From IMG/VR virus record IMGVR_UViG_3300027819_000020, positions 1-44,854 of that record: a stretch of DNA of 44,854 nt; one strand, given 5' to 3'. How positions within the stretch are numbered: the first letter of the stretch is position 1; each line of letters begins with the position of its first letter. The position numbers and the translations under genes are program-made. Of this stretch, positions 8,972 to 16,440 are shown in pieces. Origin of the DNA: a virus (taxonomy: Duplodnaviria > Caudoviricetes). Below the pieces are notes generated by a model. The model saw nothing but the letters and a program-made list of their open reading frames with translations. It was not told where the DNA came from and did not search any database.

Positions 8972-9225
8972 CAGGGCTCCCTCTCCCAAACCCCCTCCGG
9001 TCGTTGGATGACATGGGGCCTGGGCAGGGCTGATGGACTTCGGCTTCTACGAGCATTCGCGGTTCGAACTGGAGCGCTGCTGGTGGCCGGGGTTTGGCCT
9101 ACACACGTAGGGCAATAGTCATCGTCCCCCTCGCTGACCCAATCGTCGAATTCGTCGACTGTGTTCTCTTCTTGCAGGCCACAATCGGAGCAGAGTACGT
9201 AGTAGACCTGCTCATTCCACCGCAT
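8971..9225 (-). CDS. Zn-finger-like hypothetical protein
   Basis: CSDC...W...YCPTC. Confidence 0.6.
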   Translation of the reverse strand: MRWNEQVYYVLCSDCGLQEENTVDEFDDWVSEGDDDYCPTCVGQTPATSSAPVRTANARRSRSPSALPRPHVIQRPEGVWEREP

Positions 9226-9377
9226 CAGCCCGGCCCCACCACCAACCACGGGCGGACCGCCCGGAACGCGGCATCCGCGCAACGAGAACAGAGCAGCTTA
9301 CCGCCATATGCCCAGCTCCGCCCCAGGAATTGTGGGTTGTCACTCATAGCGCCGCAGCCATCGCATTTGCCAGCCAT
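9225..9377 (-). CDS. small Zn-finger protein (50 aa)
   Basis: MAGKCDGCG...LCSRCA; coupled at both ends. Confidence 0.6.
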   Translation of the reverse strand: MAGKCDGCGAMSDNPQFLGRSWAYGGKLLCSRCADAAFRAVRPWLVVGPG

Positions 9378-9856
9378 CAGCCTTGCCCCACCAGCGCGCG
9401 GGCCGTGAGAACGGCCGTCTTAGAGACGATGTAGTCGTCCTGGGTCAATACGGTGGTGGCATATCTTCCCTCTACTGCTGTGGCCACGACGCGGGCGATC
9501 TCCCGCAGGCCAGCTAACTGCTGCCCAGCGGTAGCCGCTCCCTCTAACAGGGCGTCCCGCTCCTCCCGCAGCGCCTTGACCTGTGCCACGAGCCACGCCA
9601 GGGCGATATGCACCTGTCTGTCGAACTCCCTGCCCCGAGCAGTGCCGTAGTCATAAGGAACCGGGCGACGGAGCAGCTTCTCGATCTCGGCCAGCCGCTC
9701 CTTGTCGTCGCTGTTCAAGCGCATCCCTCCTAGCCCGAAGACCTCCGGATGCTTCTCCCGCGAATGTGCCTCCATGGCTACTAGGTCGGCAGGCACCATC
9801 TCATTGCAGTAGGAGCACCGGAGAGGCGCGGTCCTCAGCCGCTCCTCGTCAGTCAT
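9377..9856 (-). CDS. hypothetical protein with C2H2-like finger and coiled coil
   Basis: CSYC...H....H; GGAG RBS. Confidence 0.65.
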   Translation of the reverse strand: MTDEERLRTAPLRCSYCNEMVPADLVAMEAHSREKHPEVFGLGGMRLNSDDKERLAEIEKLLRRPVPYDYGTARGREFDRQVHIALAWLVAQVKALREERDALLEGAATAGQQLAGLREIARVVATAVEGRYATTVLTQDDYIVSKTAVLTARALVGQG

Positions 9857-9961
9857 GCTCTCTCCAACAAACCGCCTCATGCGCTCTCCTCCAGGTACCG
9901 CTCCAGGTGCTCAATGAGTCCTATTACGTCGTTGACTGAGGTGGCCCCATCGCCAACTAAG

Positions 9962-10368
9962 TCATGGCGCCACCAGAAACGGCGCAGGGTCCACCGGCTC
10001 ACCGTCCACCCTCACCTCGGCATGTAGGTGCGGCCCCGAGCTACGTCCGGAATTGCCGCTGAGCGCCACAACCTGCCCCTGGGCCACGAACTGGCCATGC
10101 AGCAACCCCGCAAAGCTGCTCAGGTGCGTGTAGTAGGTCTCTAGCCCATCCCCGTGGCCCAGGATCAGCAGGTTCCCGTACTCGCCGATGGAGGTCATGC
10201 GCGCCACCGTCCCATCGGCCATCGCGTAGACCGGAGTCCCAACCGGACAGCCGATGTCGATGCCAGTGTGGAATCCCCGGACGTAGGGACCAGGTGCGCC
10301 GTAAGGCTGCGTCACAGGCCAACGCTCATCGACAGGCCAGAGCAGGCGCGGCCCGTCTGGCCTCAGGC
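9962..10368 (-). CDS. M23 family metallopeptidase, probably the frameshift extension of the endolysin
   Basis: LLWPV...VTQPYG, HTGIDI, YTHL, GNSGRSSGPHLH, VDP; first in-frame start is at 10315 and lacks an RBS. Confidence 0.9.
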
Positions 10369-11559
10369 TGGGGGGAACTTGTCCGCCAATACCACCGCGT
10401 TGCCGCTGCCATCGACGTAGACCAGCGTCTCGGGCCTGCCGTCGATGAGCACGGACTGCACGATGAGCCCAGCGCCCGCCGCCCTCTCATTGGCCAGGGG
10501 CGTGACGGTGTGGCCCTGGGTGCGCAGGATGTTCGCCTTGACCAGCATGGCTCCGCCCAGGCCGATTTCGTCCATCGGTGGCTCCTCCTCTTCGGTCTTA
10601 GGGTGCTGTGAGATGTACAGCGCGATCCGCCGCAGAGCGGACCGCAGCAGGTCGCTCCGGAACAACTCCCACGCCTGCTGGTGGTCATCATCGTCGGCCC
10701 AGGTGTAGTAGGTCGAGCAATCCAGGTGCGGGATGCCCTCGTACAGGGTCACGTGGAAATCGACATAGCGATCCCGCCAATACGCCTCGTTCTCATAGGG
10801 TCCCGGAGTGTTCCACTCGGTCAGGGCGAACGCCTTGTGCGGGAACCGCGTCACGATGCCGCCCAGGTCAAACTCGTCACGGTGGCCTCGGGGACGCAGC
10901 GGGCGCCGCGTGCCCCAGAAGCTCCCCTTGTCCCACACGGTGTCCAGGTAGCAGTGGATGTCGACGATGTCGGCCAACTCGATGGACTCCGCGCAGATCG
11001 AGATGCCGTCGTAGCCCCAGATCACAGTCTCCATCCCAGCGGCGCGCTCGTCCTCGCTCGGCACCCAGCGGTCGTCATCTTCCCGGTTGCCGGGACTCCA
11101 GGCGGGGAAGTGGGTCAGCACCCTGGGACACGCTGCCTTGACGCGGCGATAGTAGATCGGGAAGGCCAGATTGCAATACTCGAACTGCTCCCGACTGTGT
11201 CCACCGCTCTCCTCCAAGGGGAGGTTGGTCTCGTTCCAAGGGATCGCCTCGCACCAGATATCGAAGGCGTCGTGAATCTCCCGTGCGATGGCGATCATGT
11301 TGTCAGCGTGGGACTCAACCTCACGAATCCAGTCGCCTCCGTCCCGCCACTCCCGGAAGCCCCGGAGCTGGGGCACCTGGTGCTGACGAATCACGATGCG
11401 CGGGTCTGGCCAGCCCCTACGCCGATGCTCACTGACGATGGTCCCGAGGTAGTGGCCGCGCTCCCCGGCCAGCATCAGGTAGACGTGGTACCGCTCCGTC
11501 AGAAGGTCGTTGATGTCGGTCCGGTCAGGACCATGCAGATGGATGCCAACATCTGTCAT
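10363..11559 (-). CDS. putative glycoside hydrolase (clan GH-A-like) endolysin
   Basis: WNETNL, DIHCY and LTEWN motifs; Pro/Glu linker; adjacent to the M23 domain. Confidence 0.7.
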   Translation of the reverse strand: MTDVGIHLHGPDRTDINDLLTERYHVYLMLAGERGHYLGTIVSEHRRRGWPDPRIVIRQHQVPQLRGFREWRDGGDWIREVESHADNMIAIAREIHDAFDIWCEAIPWNETNLPLEESGGHSREQFEYCNLAFPIYYRRVKAACPRVLTHFPAWSPGNREDDDRWVPSEDERAAGMETVIWGYDGISICAESIELADIVDIHCYLDTVWDKGSFWGTRRPLRPRGHRDEFDLGGIVTRFPHKAFALTEWNTPGPYENEAYWRDRYVDFHVTLYEGIPHLDCSTYYTWADDDDHQQAWELFRSDLLRSALRRIALYISQHPKTEEEEPPMDEIGLGGAMLVKANILRTQGHTVTPLANERAAGAGLIVQSVLIDGRPETLVYVDGSGNAVVLADKFPPA

Positions 11560-11599
11560 CACTCAGCCCCCTCCAGGATGCGCGCTACGTCAGCGGGGG

Positions 11600-12124
11600 T
11601 CATGGCTTCGTCTCCAACGGGTGCTGCGACACAATCACGCGCGGCTCAGTGTAAACCGGCCGTGTGTCTGGCCCATTCGGGTCCTTGCAGAGCACCCAGG
11701 TGCCCTCAGCGGACGACGGGGAGAACAGGCCATTAATCTCCGGCTGAGGCAGCCGCTCGGTGCCATAGCGCCTCTCCCCACCAGAACTCCTTGCGGCCAG
11801 GTTGTAGGTCTGCATCGCCTCCGGGGCGGTGAACTGCGTCGCATAGGGGAGAGGATAACCGATCGAGTTGCAGAGGAAGACGAGTTTGCCGTTGAACTCG
11901 TTCCAGAGATACGTGTAAGTGGTGAGGCCAGTCTGGTCCCTCATCTCGTAGATGTCCTTCGCTAGCTTCATCTCGCGAAAGTTCTTGATAGATGGCACAC
12001 CGACCTCTTGAATGCCCTCCGCAACAACAAGCTCCTGACGATCACGCTGAACATCAGCAGCTGTGGGCGTAGGGGCGCAGGCAACGGTCAAGATGCAGGC
12101 TAGTACCAGAAGGACGACTCGCAT
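11600..12124 (-). CDS. phage lipoprotein of unknown function
   Basis: Lipobox TVAC after a hydrophobic N-terminus; SIGYPLPYATQFTAP and PQPEINGLF. Confidence 0.8.
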   Translation of the reverse strand: MRVVLLVLACILTVACAPTPTAADVQRDRQELVVAEGIQEVGVPSIKNFREMKLAKDIYEMRDQTGLTTYTYLWNEFNGKLVFLCNSIGYPLPYATQFTAPEAMQTYNLAARSSGGERRYGTERLPQPEINGLFSPSSAEGTWVLCKDPNGPDTRPVYTEPRVIVSQHPLETKP

Positions 12125-12126
12125 TT

Positions 12127-12471
12127 CTACCTTTCTCCTGTCGTGCGGTCTCTCCGTAGACCGTTGATGAAAGAGCGCAAGGCCTGCGGCACGATGGGAT
12201 CATCCATGTCGTACCCGCTCGCCCGGTGCAAGATGATACTGGACAGAGCGTCTCGCTGTTCCGGGGATGCCTTCACATACTCGAACTGCATATTCTCCAA
12301 CTCCTGAACCATGCCTTGGTTGAATGCGCGAGACTGCTCGAAGATGGTGCGCCGCTGCTGCTCGTAGCGGGGGGCGAAGACGCTGTACCTGAGTAAGGTC
12401 TCTCCCTCGAATAGCCACACCAGGCCGAACACCCCGATAAGCACCGCAAGGACTATGCCGATCACCTTCAT
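12127..12471 (-). CDS. membrane-anchored protein, neighbour of the lipoprotein
   Basis: N-terminal TM helix; FAPRYEQQRRTIFEQS; AGGAGG RBS. Confidence 0.8.
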   Translation of the reverse strand: MKVIGIVLAVLIGVFGLVWLFEGETLLRYSVFAPRYEQQRRTIFEQSRAFNQGMVQELENMQFEYVKASPEQRDALSSIILHRASGYDMDDPIVPQALRSFINGLRRDRTTGER

Positions 12472-12950
12472 TGCTCTGCTCTCCTCCTATCCAGTTTGGG
12501 CGGGTGCCCGTTCTGACCGGGCTGCCTCAGGGTAGCAACATCCCCAGCGGACGCGCCCCGGTATGCCTGTTTTGCCGGATAGCCCTCCGTAGGCAGGGCG
12601 ACCATGGGAGCCTGACGGCCTACATCTCCGGTTGCTACTCTCCACAAGCCCTTTACACCGAGGATCATCGCCGCGCGTCACCATCCGCGCTGACCCGCCC
12701 AGCCATGACCAGGAGGCGCGTTTCGGCGCAGGCGGGAGCCCGTTCCAATGCGTGTGGGGCTCCACTCATTCGACGCATGCGGCCTGCCGAAATGATGTCG
12801 CTGAGGTAGCGTCGCGCGACGCATCCCCAGAAGCCCTCCTGGCCATGGCTGGATGGGGCAGTTGGCCCGTCCAGATCGGGGCATGAGGGACGCCCGGTTC
12901 AGCCGTGAGCGGGAGAGCACGTGTTCCTCGCCCACAACTCGCCTTCAGGC

Positions 12951-13139
12951 TCACGCCCCGGTCTCGATTACGTAGCGCATGACCGCCTCAATGGCGCGTT
13001 CGTGGCCATCGAGTATTTCCCGCCGGTCCGCAATCCGCCGCAGGTCCTGCTCTACATCGGCCGCCGTGACTCCCCTTCCACGGGCGATGGCGTCCACCAG
13101 AACATCGGCCAGCAGCCGCAGCTTCTCGGCGTCCGTCAT
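12951..13139 (-). CDS. hypothetical protein
   Basis: Coupled helical ORF. Confidence 0.6.
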   Translation of the reverse strand: MTDAEKLRLLADVLVDAIARGRGVTAADVEQDLRRIADRREILDGHERAIEAVMRYVIETGA

Positions 13140-13576
13140 TGCAGCAGTCGCACTTCCGGCATGGCCCCCGCCGCCAGTCCGGCCCGAATCTGCTCCGTCG
13201 CCAGATCGCCCATCGTCCGATCCCCAGGACCCAGGAGATACGGCAGAAACTCCTGCTCCATGTCCACTAGCCCATCCTCAACCGCCACCAGCTTGGCCTT
13301 GATGTGGTTCAGGAGCACACGCAATCGGCGCCGTCTCTCCTGCTCGCGCTGCTTCGGCGTCAGGGTGTAGCCATCCAGCGACCGAGGAATGGCCAGGTCA
13401 ACGCGGAACGCCAGGCTGCTGCCCTGATACGGCCAGGAGAACTCAAGGCGGATCACGCCCATCGTGTTCGTCCACCTGGTGGCGTCGACCTTGTGGCGCC
13501 GCAGCAGCACCTCAATCTCAGAGAGAGACTCGCCCTCCGAGACAGCCGTACCCTCGTAGTGACGCCGTTGGCTCAT
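13136..13576 (-). CDS. conserved-looking phage protein
   Basis: YEGTAVS...IKAKLVAVEDG....EFLPYL; GGAGG RBS. Confidence 0.75.
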   Translation of the reverse strand: MSQRRHYEGTAVSEGESLSEIEVLLRRHKVDATRWTNTMGVIRLEFSWPYQGSSLAFRVDLAIPRSLDGYTLTPKQREQERRRRLRVLLNHIKAKLVAVEDGLVDMEQEFLPYLLGPGDRTMGDLATEQIRAGLAAGAMPEVRLLQ

Positions 13577-14184
13577 CCCTGCACCTCCGAGATGGCGCGG
13601 TCCGCCTCTCGGGCGACACGCCGCAGGTGCCGCTCCACGACACGCCGCAGGTAGTGGCTGGGCTTCAGGCCGCGCACCCTGGCTTGCTCAACGAGCACAG
13701 CCCACCAGCGGGAACTGATTCGGAGCGCCACGGGGTACGTTAGGTGTCCGCTATGAGGTTCCGGTGGGCTTGGTTCGGCCACAACTCCATGAGAGTGACG
13801 CCGAGATGGGCCATCAGGGTTATCGCTTCCCTCATGCTGGGGAGTGAGCGGCCCGTCTCCCATAGGCTGATCCGCATGCGCGATAGCTCTGTCCTGTCGG
13901 CGAAGGCGCGCTGCGAGAACCCCCGGTTCCTCCGGTACAGGGACAGGTTGTTCGGGAACATCGCCCCGGCAGAGGGCGACATAGAACCCCCTGGCGAGAG
14001 TGAAGATATCGAGCCCGGCCTGCTTTCTGCTGTTACAGGTCCGGCAGCAGGCGACGCGGTTTCCGTCTTCATTCGTGCCTCCAAGGTGGCGAGGGTGAAC
14101 ATGGTCGATGGTGTCCGCTGGGCCGCCGCAATAGGCGCATGTGTAGTTCGCCGTCTCCAGGATAGAACGCCGCGTCTCTGCCAT
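13573..14184 (-). CDS. HNH endonuclease with C-terminal ribbon-helix-helix-like domain
   Basis: CAYCG...TIDHVHP..LGG.....NRVACCRTCNSRK; C-terminal PVALRIS-helix-G-x-x-x-S-x-YLR. Confidence 0.75.
   Translation of the reverse strand: MAETRRSILETANYTCAYCGGPADTIDHVHPRHLGGTNEDGNRVACCRTCNSRKQAGLDIFTLARGFYVALCRGDVPEQPVPVPEEPGVLAARLRRQDRAIAHADQPMGDGPLTPQHEGSDNPDGPSRRHSHGVVAEPSPPEPHSGHLTYPVALRISSRWWAVLVEQARVRGLKPSHYLRRVVERHLRRVAREADRAISEVQG
13740..13961 (-). CDS. XRE/Cro-CI family HTH protein nested in an alternative frame
   Basis: NNLSLYRRNRGFSQRAFADRTELSRMRISLWETGRSLPS...LGVTLMELW. Confidence 0.85.
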   Translation of the reverse strand: MFPNNLSLYRRNRGFSQRAFADRTELSRMRISLWETGRSLPSMREAITLMAHLGVTLMELWPNQAHRNLIADT

Positions 14185-14191
14185 CGTGCCT

Positions 14192-14223
14192 ATGGTATAC
14201 CACGAGCCGGGGAGCGTTGTCAA
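14192..14223 (-). promoter_or_regulatory. sigma70-type promoter, probably leaderless mRNA
   Basis: TTGACA-18-TATACC(AT) with upstream TG; ATG follows 7-9 nt later with no RBS. Confidence 0.6.
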
Positions 14224-14260
14224 GGGGTTTGTTGGGGGCATGGCCGAGTTGAACGGCGGC

Positions 14261-14527
14261 GCAGGTAGAGGCGGGCTATTGCGCGCGCTGCCCCCTCTAG
14301 ACCTAGACCAACTGGCGGGAGCGAATGCCCTCGCCAGTGCGGCGGAACCGTCCGCCGCTTCTCGCCCCCGCGAGAGTTGTGGGCCTGCGGGGAACCTTGT
14401 TCAGGGCTAACCCGCCTACTGCTGGACGACTGGCCAGGTACACCAGCGCCCGAACCGGGGCTATGGGTGGGCGCCTGCGGCCCACGATGCAGGCGCCGAG
14501 GCAGGGTATCCCCTACCCCTACTGGTG
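14261..14527 (-). ncRNA. candidate structured RNA C (two multibranch domains, possible pseudoknot)
   Basis: Many helices found by hand; preceded by TGCTAGAAT; no credible ORF. Confidence 0.6.
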
Positions 14528-14543
14528 GGCATTCTAGCATGGT

Positions 14544-14621
14544 TGGTAGCGGGGGCGGGATTCGAACCCGCGACCTGCGACTTATAAGGTCGCTGCTCTC
14601 AACCGCCTGAGCTACCCCGCA
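14544..14621 (-). tRNA. tRNA with TAT anticodon (nominally Ile), CCA encoded
   Basis: Cloverleaf: TGCGGGG/CCCCGCT, GCTC/GAGC, GCGAC-CTTATAA-GTCGC, GCGGG-TTCGAAT-CCCGC, ACCA. Confidence 0.95.
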
Positions 14622-14625
14622 TCAT

Positions 14626-14718
14626 TGGCCCCCGCGCTCCACTCGCTGCCCGGCTGGTGTCTGCTCCGCCGGGTCCGAGCCCGCTGACAAACTCAATAGC
14701 CCAGGGCCACGGGGGCCA
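14626..14718 (-). ncRNA. candidate rod-shaped RNA B (about 93 nt)
   Basis: TGGCCCCCG/CGGGGGCCA terminal helix; TATACT at 14724-14729. Confidence 0.5.
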
Positions 14719-14728
14719 GGGGCAGTAT

Positions 14729-14920
14729 AGCTGCTGGGCCGGGGGCCACGCTCCCCCGGATGCCTGCTCATGCCCCGTATCTTACGGACTTAGGGGTTGT
14801 CGTTGTCGGCCCGGTCGCGCTATCCGTCGCGTTGACCGGCCTACCGGAGCAGGCTCCACGTCTTTCTGGGCCACCTACCTGCGCAGGCTCCCCAGCAATC
14901 TCTTCTGCCACCCAGCAGCC
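14729..14920 (-). ncRNA. candidate multibranch RNA A (about 190 nt)
   Basis: GGCTGCTGGG/CCCAGCAGCT closing helix with internal helices; TGCTAGACT 6 nt upstream. Confidence 0.6.
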
Positions 14921-14960
14921 GACCCCAGTCTAGCACAAAGCAAGACGCCCCCCGATGTGC

Positions 14961-15089
14961 TCACCGCCAGACTGCCCACACCACCACGAGCAGCACGAGC
15001 AGCCCCAGCAGGTACCAGCCCATGCCCGAGGTGCCGGCCCACCACGCCAGCCGCGCGACCGGCGAGTCAGGCGCCGCGAGGGGCGGCAC
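14961..15089 (-). CDS. small membrane protein
   Basis: ...WYLLGLLVLLVVVWAVWR. Confidence 0.45.
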   Translation of the reverse strand: MPPLAAPDSPVARLAWWAGTSGMGWYLLGLLVLLVVVWAVWR

Positions 15090-15091
15090 GT

Positions 15092-15295
15092 TTACCCTGC
15101 CAGCTTCGCCTTGCCCACCATCGCGAGCAGGGCCACAGCAGCAGCGCGCACGCTACCAGCTCCGAGCGAGATGGCCCAGAGCTTCCAGTCGGCGACCTGC
15201 GCCGGGTCGAAGTCCACGAGCACCTGAAGCAGGCTCGTGGAGACGGCGATCAGCACCGCCCAGAGTAGCTCCTGCCCCCATTTCCAGTTGTACAT
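15092..15295 (-). CDS. putative holin
   Basis: 67 aa, two TM helices, basic C-terminus, AAGGAGG RBS. Confidence 0.65.
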   Translation of the reverse strand: MYNWKWGQELLWAVLIAVSTSLLQVLVDFDPAQVADWKLWAISLGAGSVRAAAVALLAMVGKAKLAG

Positions 15296-15305
15296 GTCCC
15301 CTCCT

Positions 15306-15545
15306 TTATCCCGTCGCCTCTACGGCAGTCGCGTGGTACACGCTGCCGCACCTCTGGCAGGCTCCCGGCTCGCTGCCTGCCAGGTCGATCAGGCAGGCGT
15401 GGGCCATCTCGTGCAGCAGCTCGATCCGGTACTCGGCCCCGCACTGGGCGCACCGCGCGACGTGAGCCGCGTCCGGGTGCTGCCGCAGGAACCGGCAAAC
15501 GTGGGGCTTCCGGTCGGCCTGGGCGTCAATGGTGCTGGTGGCCAT
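15306..15545 (-). CDS. Zn-ribbon protein
   Basis: CAQCG and CQRCG. Confidence 0.55.
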   Translation of the reverse strand: MATSTIDAQADRKPHVCRFLRQHPDAAHVARCAQCGAEYRIELLHEMAHACLIDLAGSEPGACQRCGSVYHATAVEATG

Positions 15546-15547
15546 CG

Positions 15548-15679
15548 TTACACGAGATGCCCCGCCGCGAACAGCGCCAGCCCAGCCGGGAGCAACGCCA
15601 CCGGCCCGAGCTGGACGCCGAACGCTGCCAGCACGAACACGATCACCGACGCCAAGTACAACGCACGCGCCACGGTCAT
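15548..15679 (-). CDS. small two-TM membrane protein (43 aa)
   Basis: MTVARALYLASVIVFVLAAFGVQLGPVALLPAGLALFAAGHLV; AGGAGG RBS. Confidence 0.65.
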   Translation of the reverse strand: MTVARALYLASVIVFVLAAFGVQLGPVALLPAGLALFAAGHLV

Positions 15680-15704
15680 GCCTCCTGCTCCATCATATCA
15701 AACC

Positions 15705-16082
15705 TCAACCCCACACCTTCAGCGCTACCGAGATCACCAGGCTCGCCAGCGTGACGCCCACGGCACCCGCGGCACCCCACGCGCGCATCGATGCCTGCGA
15801 TGCCCGTAGCTCGCCCTGGAGGTCCCCCAGCGCGCGCTCGATGGTCCGCATCCGGGACTCCGCCGCCCCCGCGTTGGTATCGAACACCTCCCTGGGCAGG
15901 TAGCGTTGCCAGTTCTGGACGGCCTGGGCGTGGGCGTGGTTCAGCTCATCCAGCCGCCGCGCGTACTCAGAGTGCTGAAGCCGCAGGGCCTCGGCCAGCG
16001 CCGCCAGGCGAGTCTCTACCAGGTCGTGCTCGTGCTGGACCCGCGCTTCCAGGTACTCGCGCAACTCAACGCTGAGCGTCAT
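15705..16082 (-). CDS. coiled-coil protein with C-terminal TM (lysis cassette)
   Basis: Helical region plus hydrophobic tail. Confidence 0.7.
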   Translation of the reverse strand: MTLSVELREYLEARVQHEHDLVETRLAALAEALRLQHSEYARRLDELNHAHAQAVQNWQRYLPREVFDTNAGAAESRMRTIERALGDLQGELRASQASMRAWGAAGAVGVTLASLVISVALKVWG

Positions 16083-16381
16083 GGCCGCCGGTGCTGACGC
16101 CGGCCCAGCAGCTCCGCCGACAGGTCGTCCAGGATGTCGATGATTCTCCGGTGCTCAATCTGGCTGGCCTGGGCCGCTACTGCCGCCTGTACAGTGTGCT
16201 CGGCCAGCACCTTGGCCTGGGACTCCATCTGCCCATGGCACGCCGCGAGCAGCTCCCGCAGGGTGCCGATGAACGTCCGCGCCAGCCACGACATGCCGAC
16301 GATGGCCATGAGCAGCAGGGCTCCAGCCGGCCCCCACTGGCGCGCGATCTCGCCGGTGTCGATGACTATCTCGGGAGTCAT
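16079..16381 (-). CDS. holin-like membrane protein
   Basis: QWGPAGALLLMAIVGMSW TM segment followed by a coiled coil. Confidence 0.65.
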   Translation of the reverse strand: MTPEIVIDTGEIARQWGPAGALLLMAIVGMSWLARTFIGTLRELLAACHGQMESQAKVLAEHTVQAAVAAQASQIEHRRIIDILDDLSAELLGRRQHRRP

Positions 16382-16440
16382 GCCGCCCGCTCATCGAGGC
16401 GCGGCAGCAGGTCATCGGACTGGCGGCGGTAGTCGGTCAT

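Noticed and set aside
12660-12950. Short overlapping ORFs
   Set aside because: Several competing frames with no convincing protein signal; left unannotated.
13573-14527. IscB/HEARO RNA-guided nuclease
   Set aside because: The HNH protein lacks PLMP and RuvC motifs, and a separate promoter lies between the RNA and the gene.
14480-14543. Theta/HDV-like ribozyme 3' of the tRNA
   Set aside because: The tRNA encodes its own CCA, and no HDV P1/P3/L3 pattern starts at its 3' end.
14544-14621. tRNA as an attP or prophage boundary
   Set aside because: No integrase and no duplicated tRNA fragment; phage genes continue on both sides.
14626-14718. SRP 4.5S RNA
   Set aside because: Similar size and rod shape, but lacks the CAGG-stem-GGAA-stem-AGCA motif.
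14790-14810. tmRNA, suggested by GCC GAC AAC GAC AAC resembling a tag start
   Set aside because: Stop after six codons, no ALAA-type ending and no tRNA-Ala-like ends.
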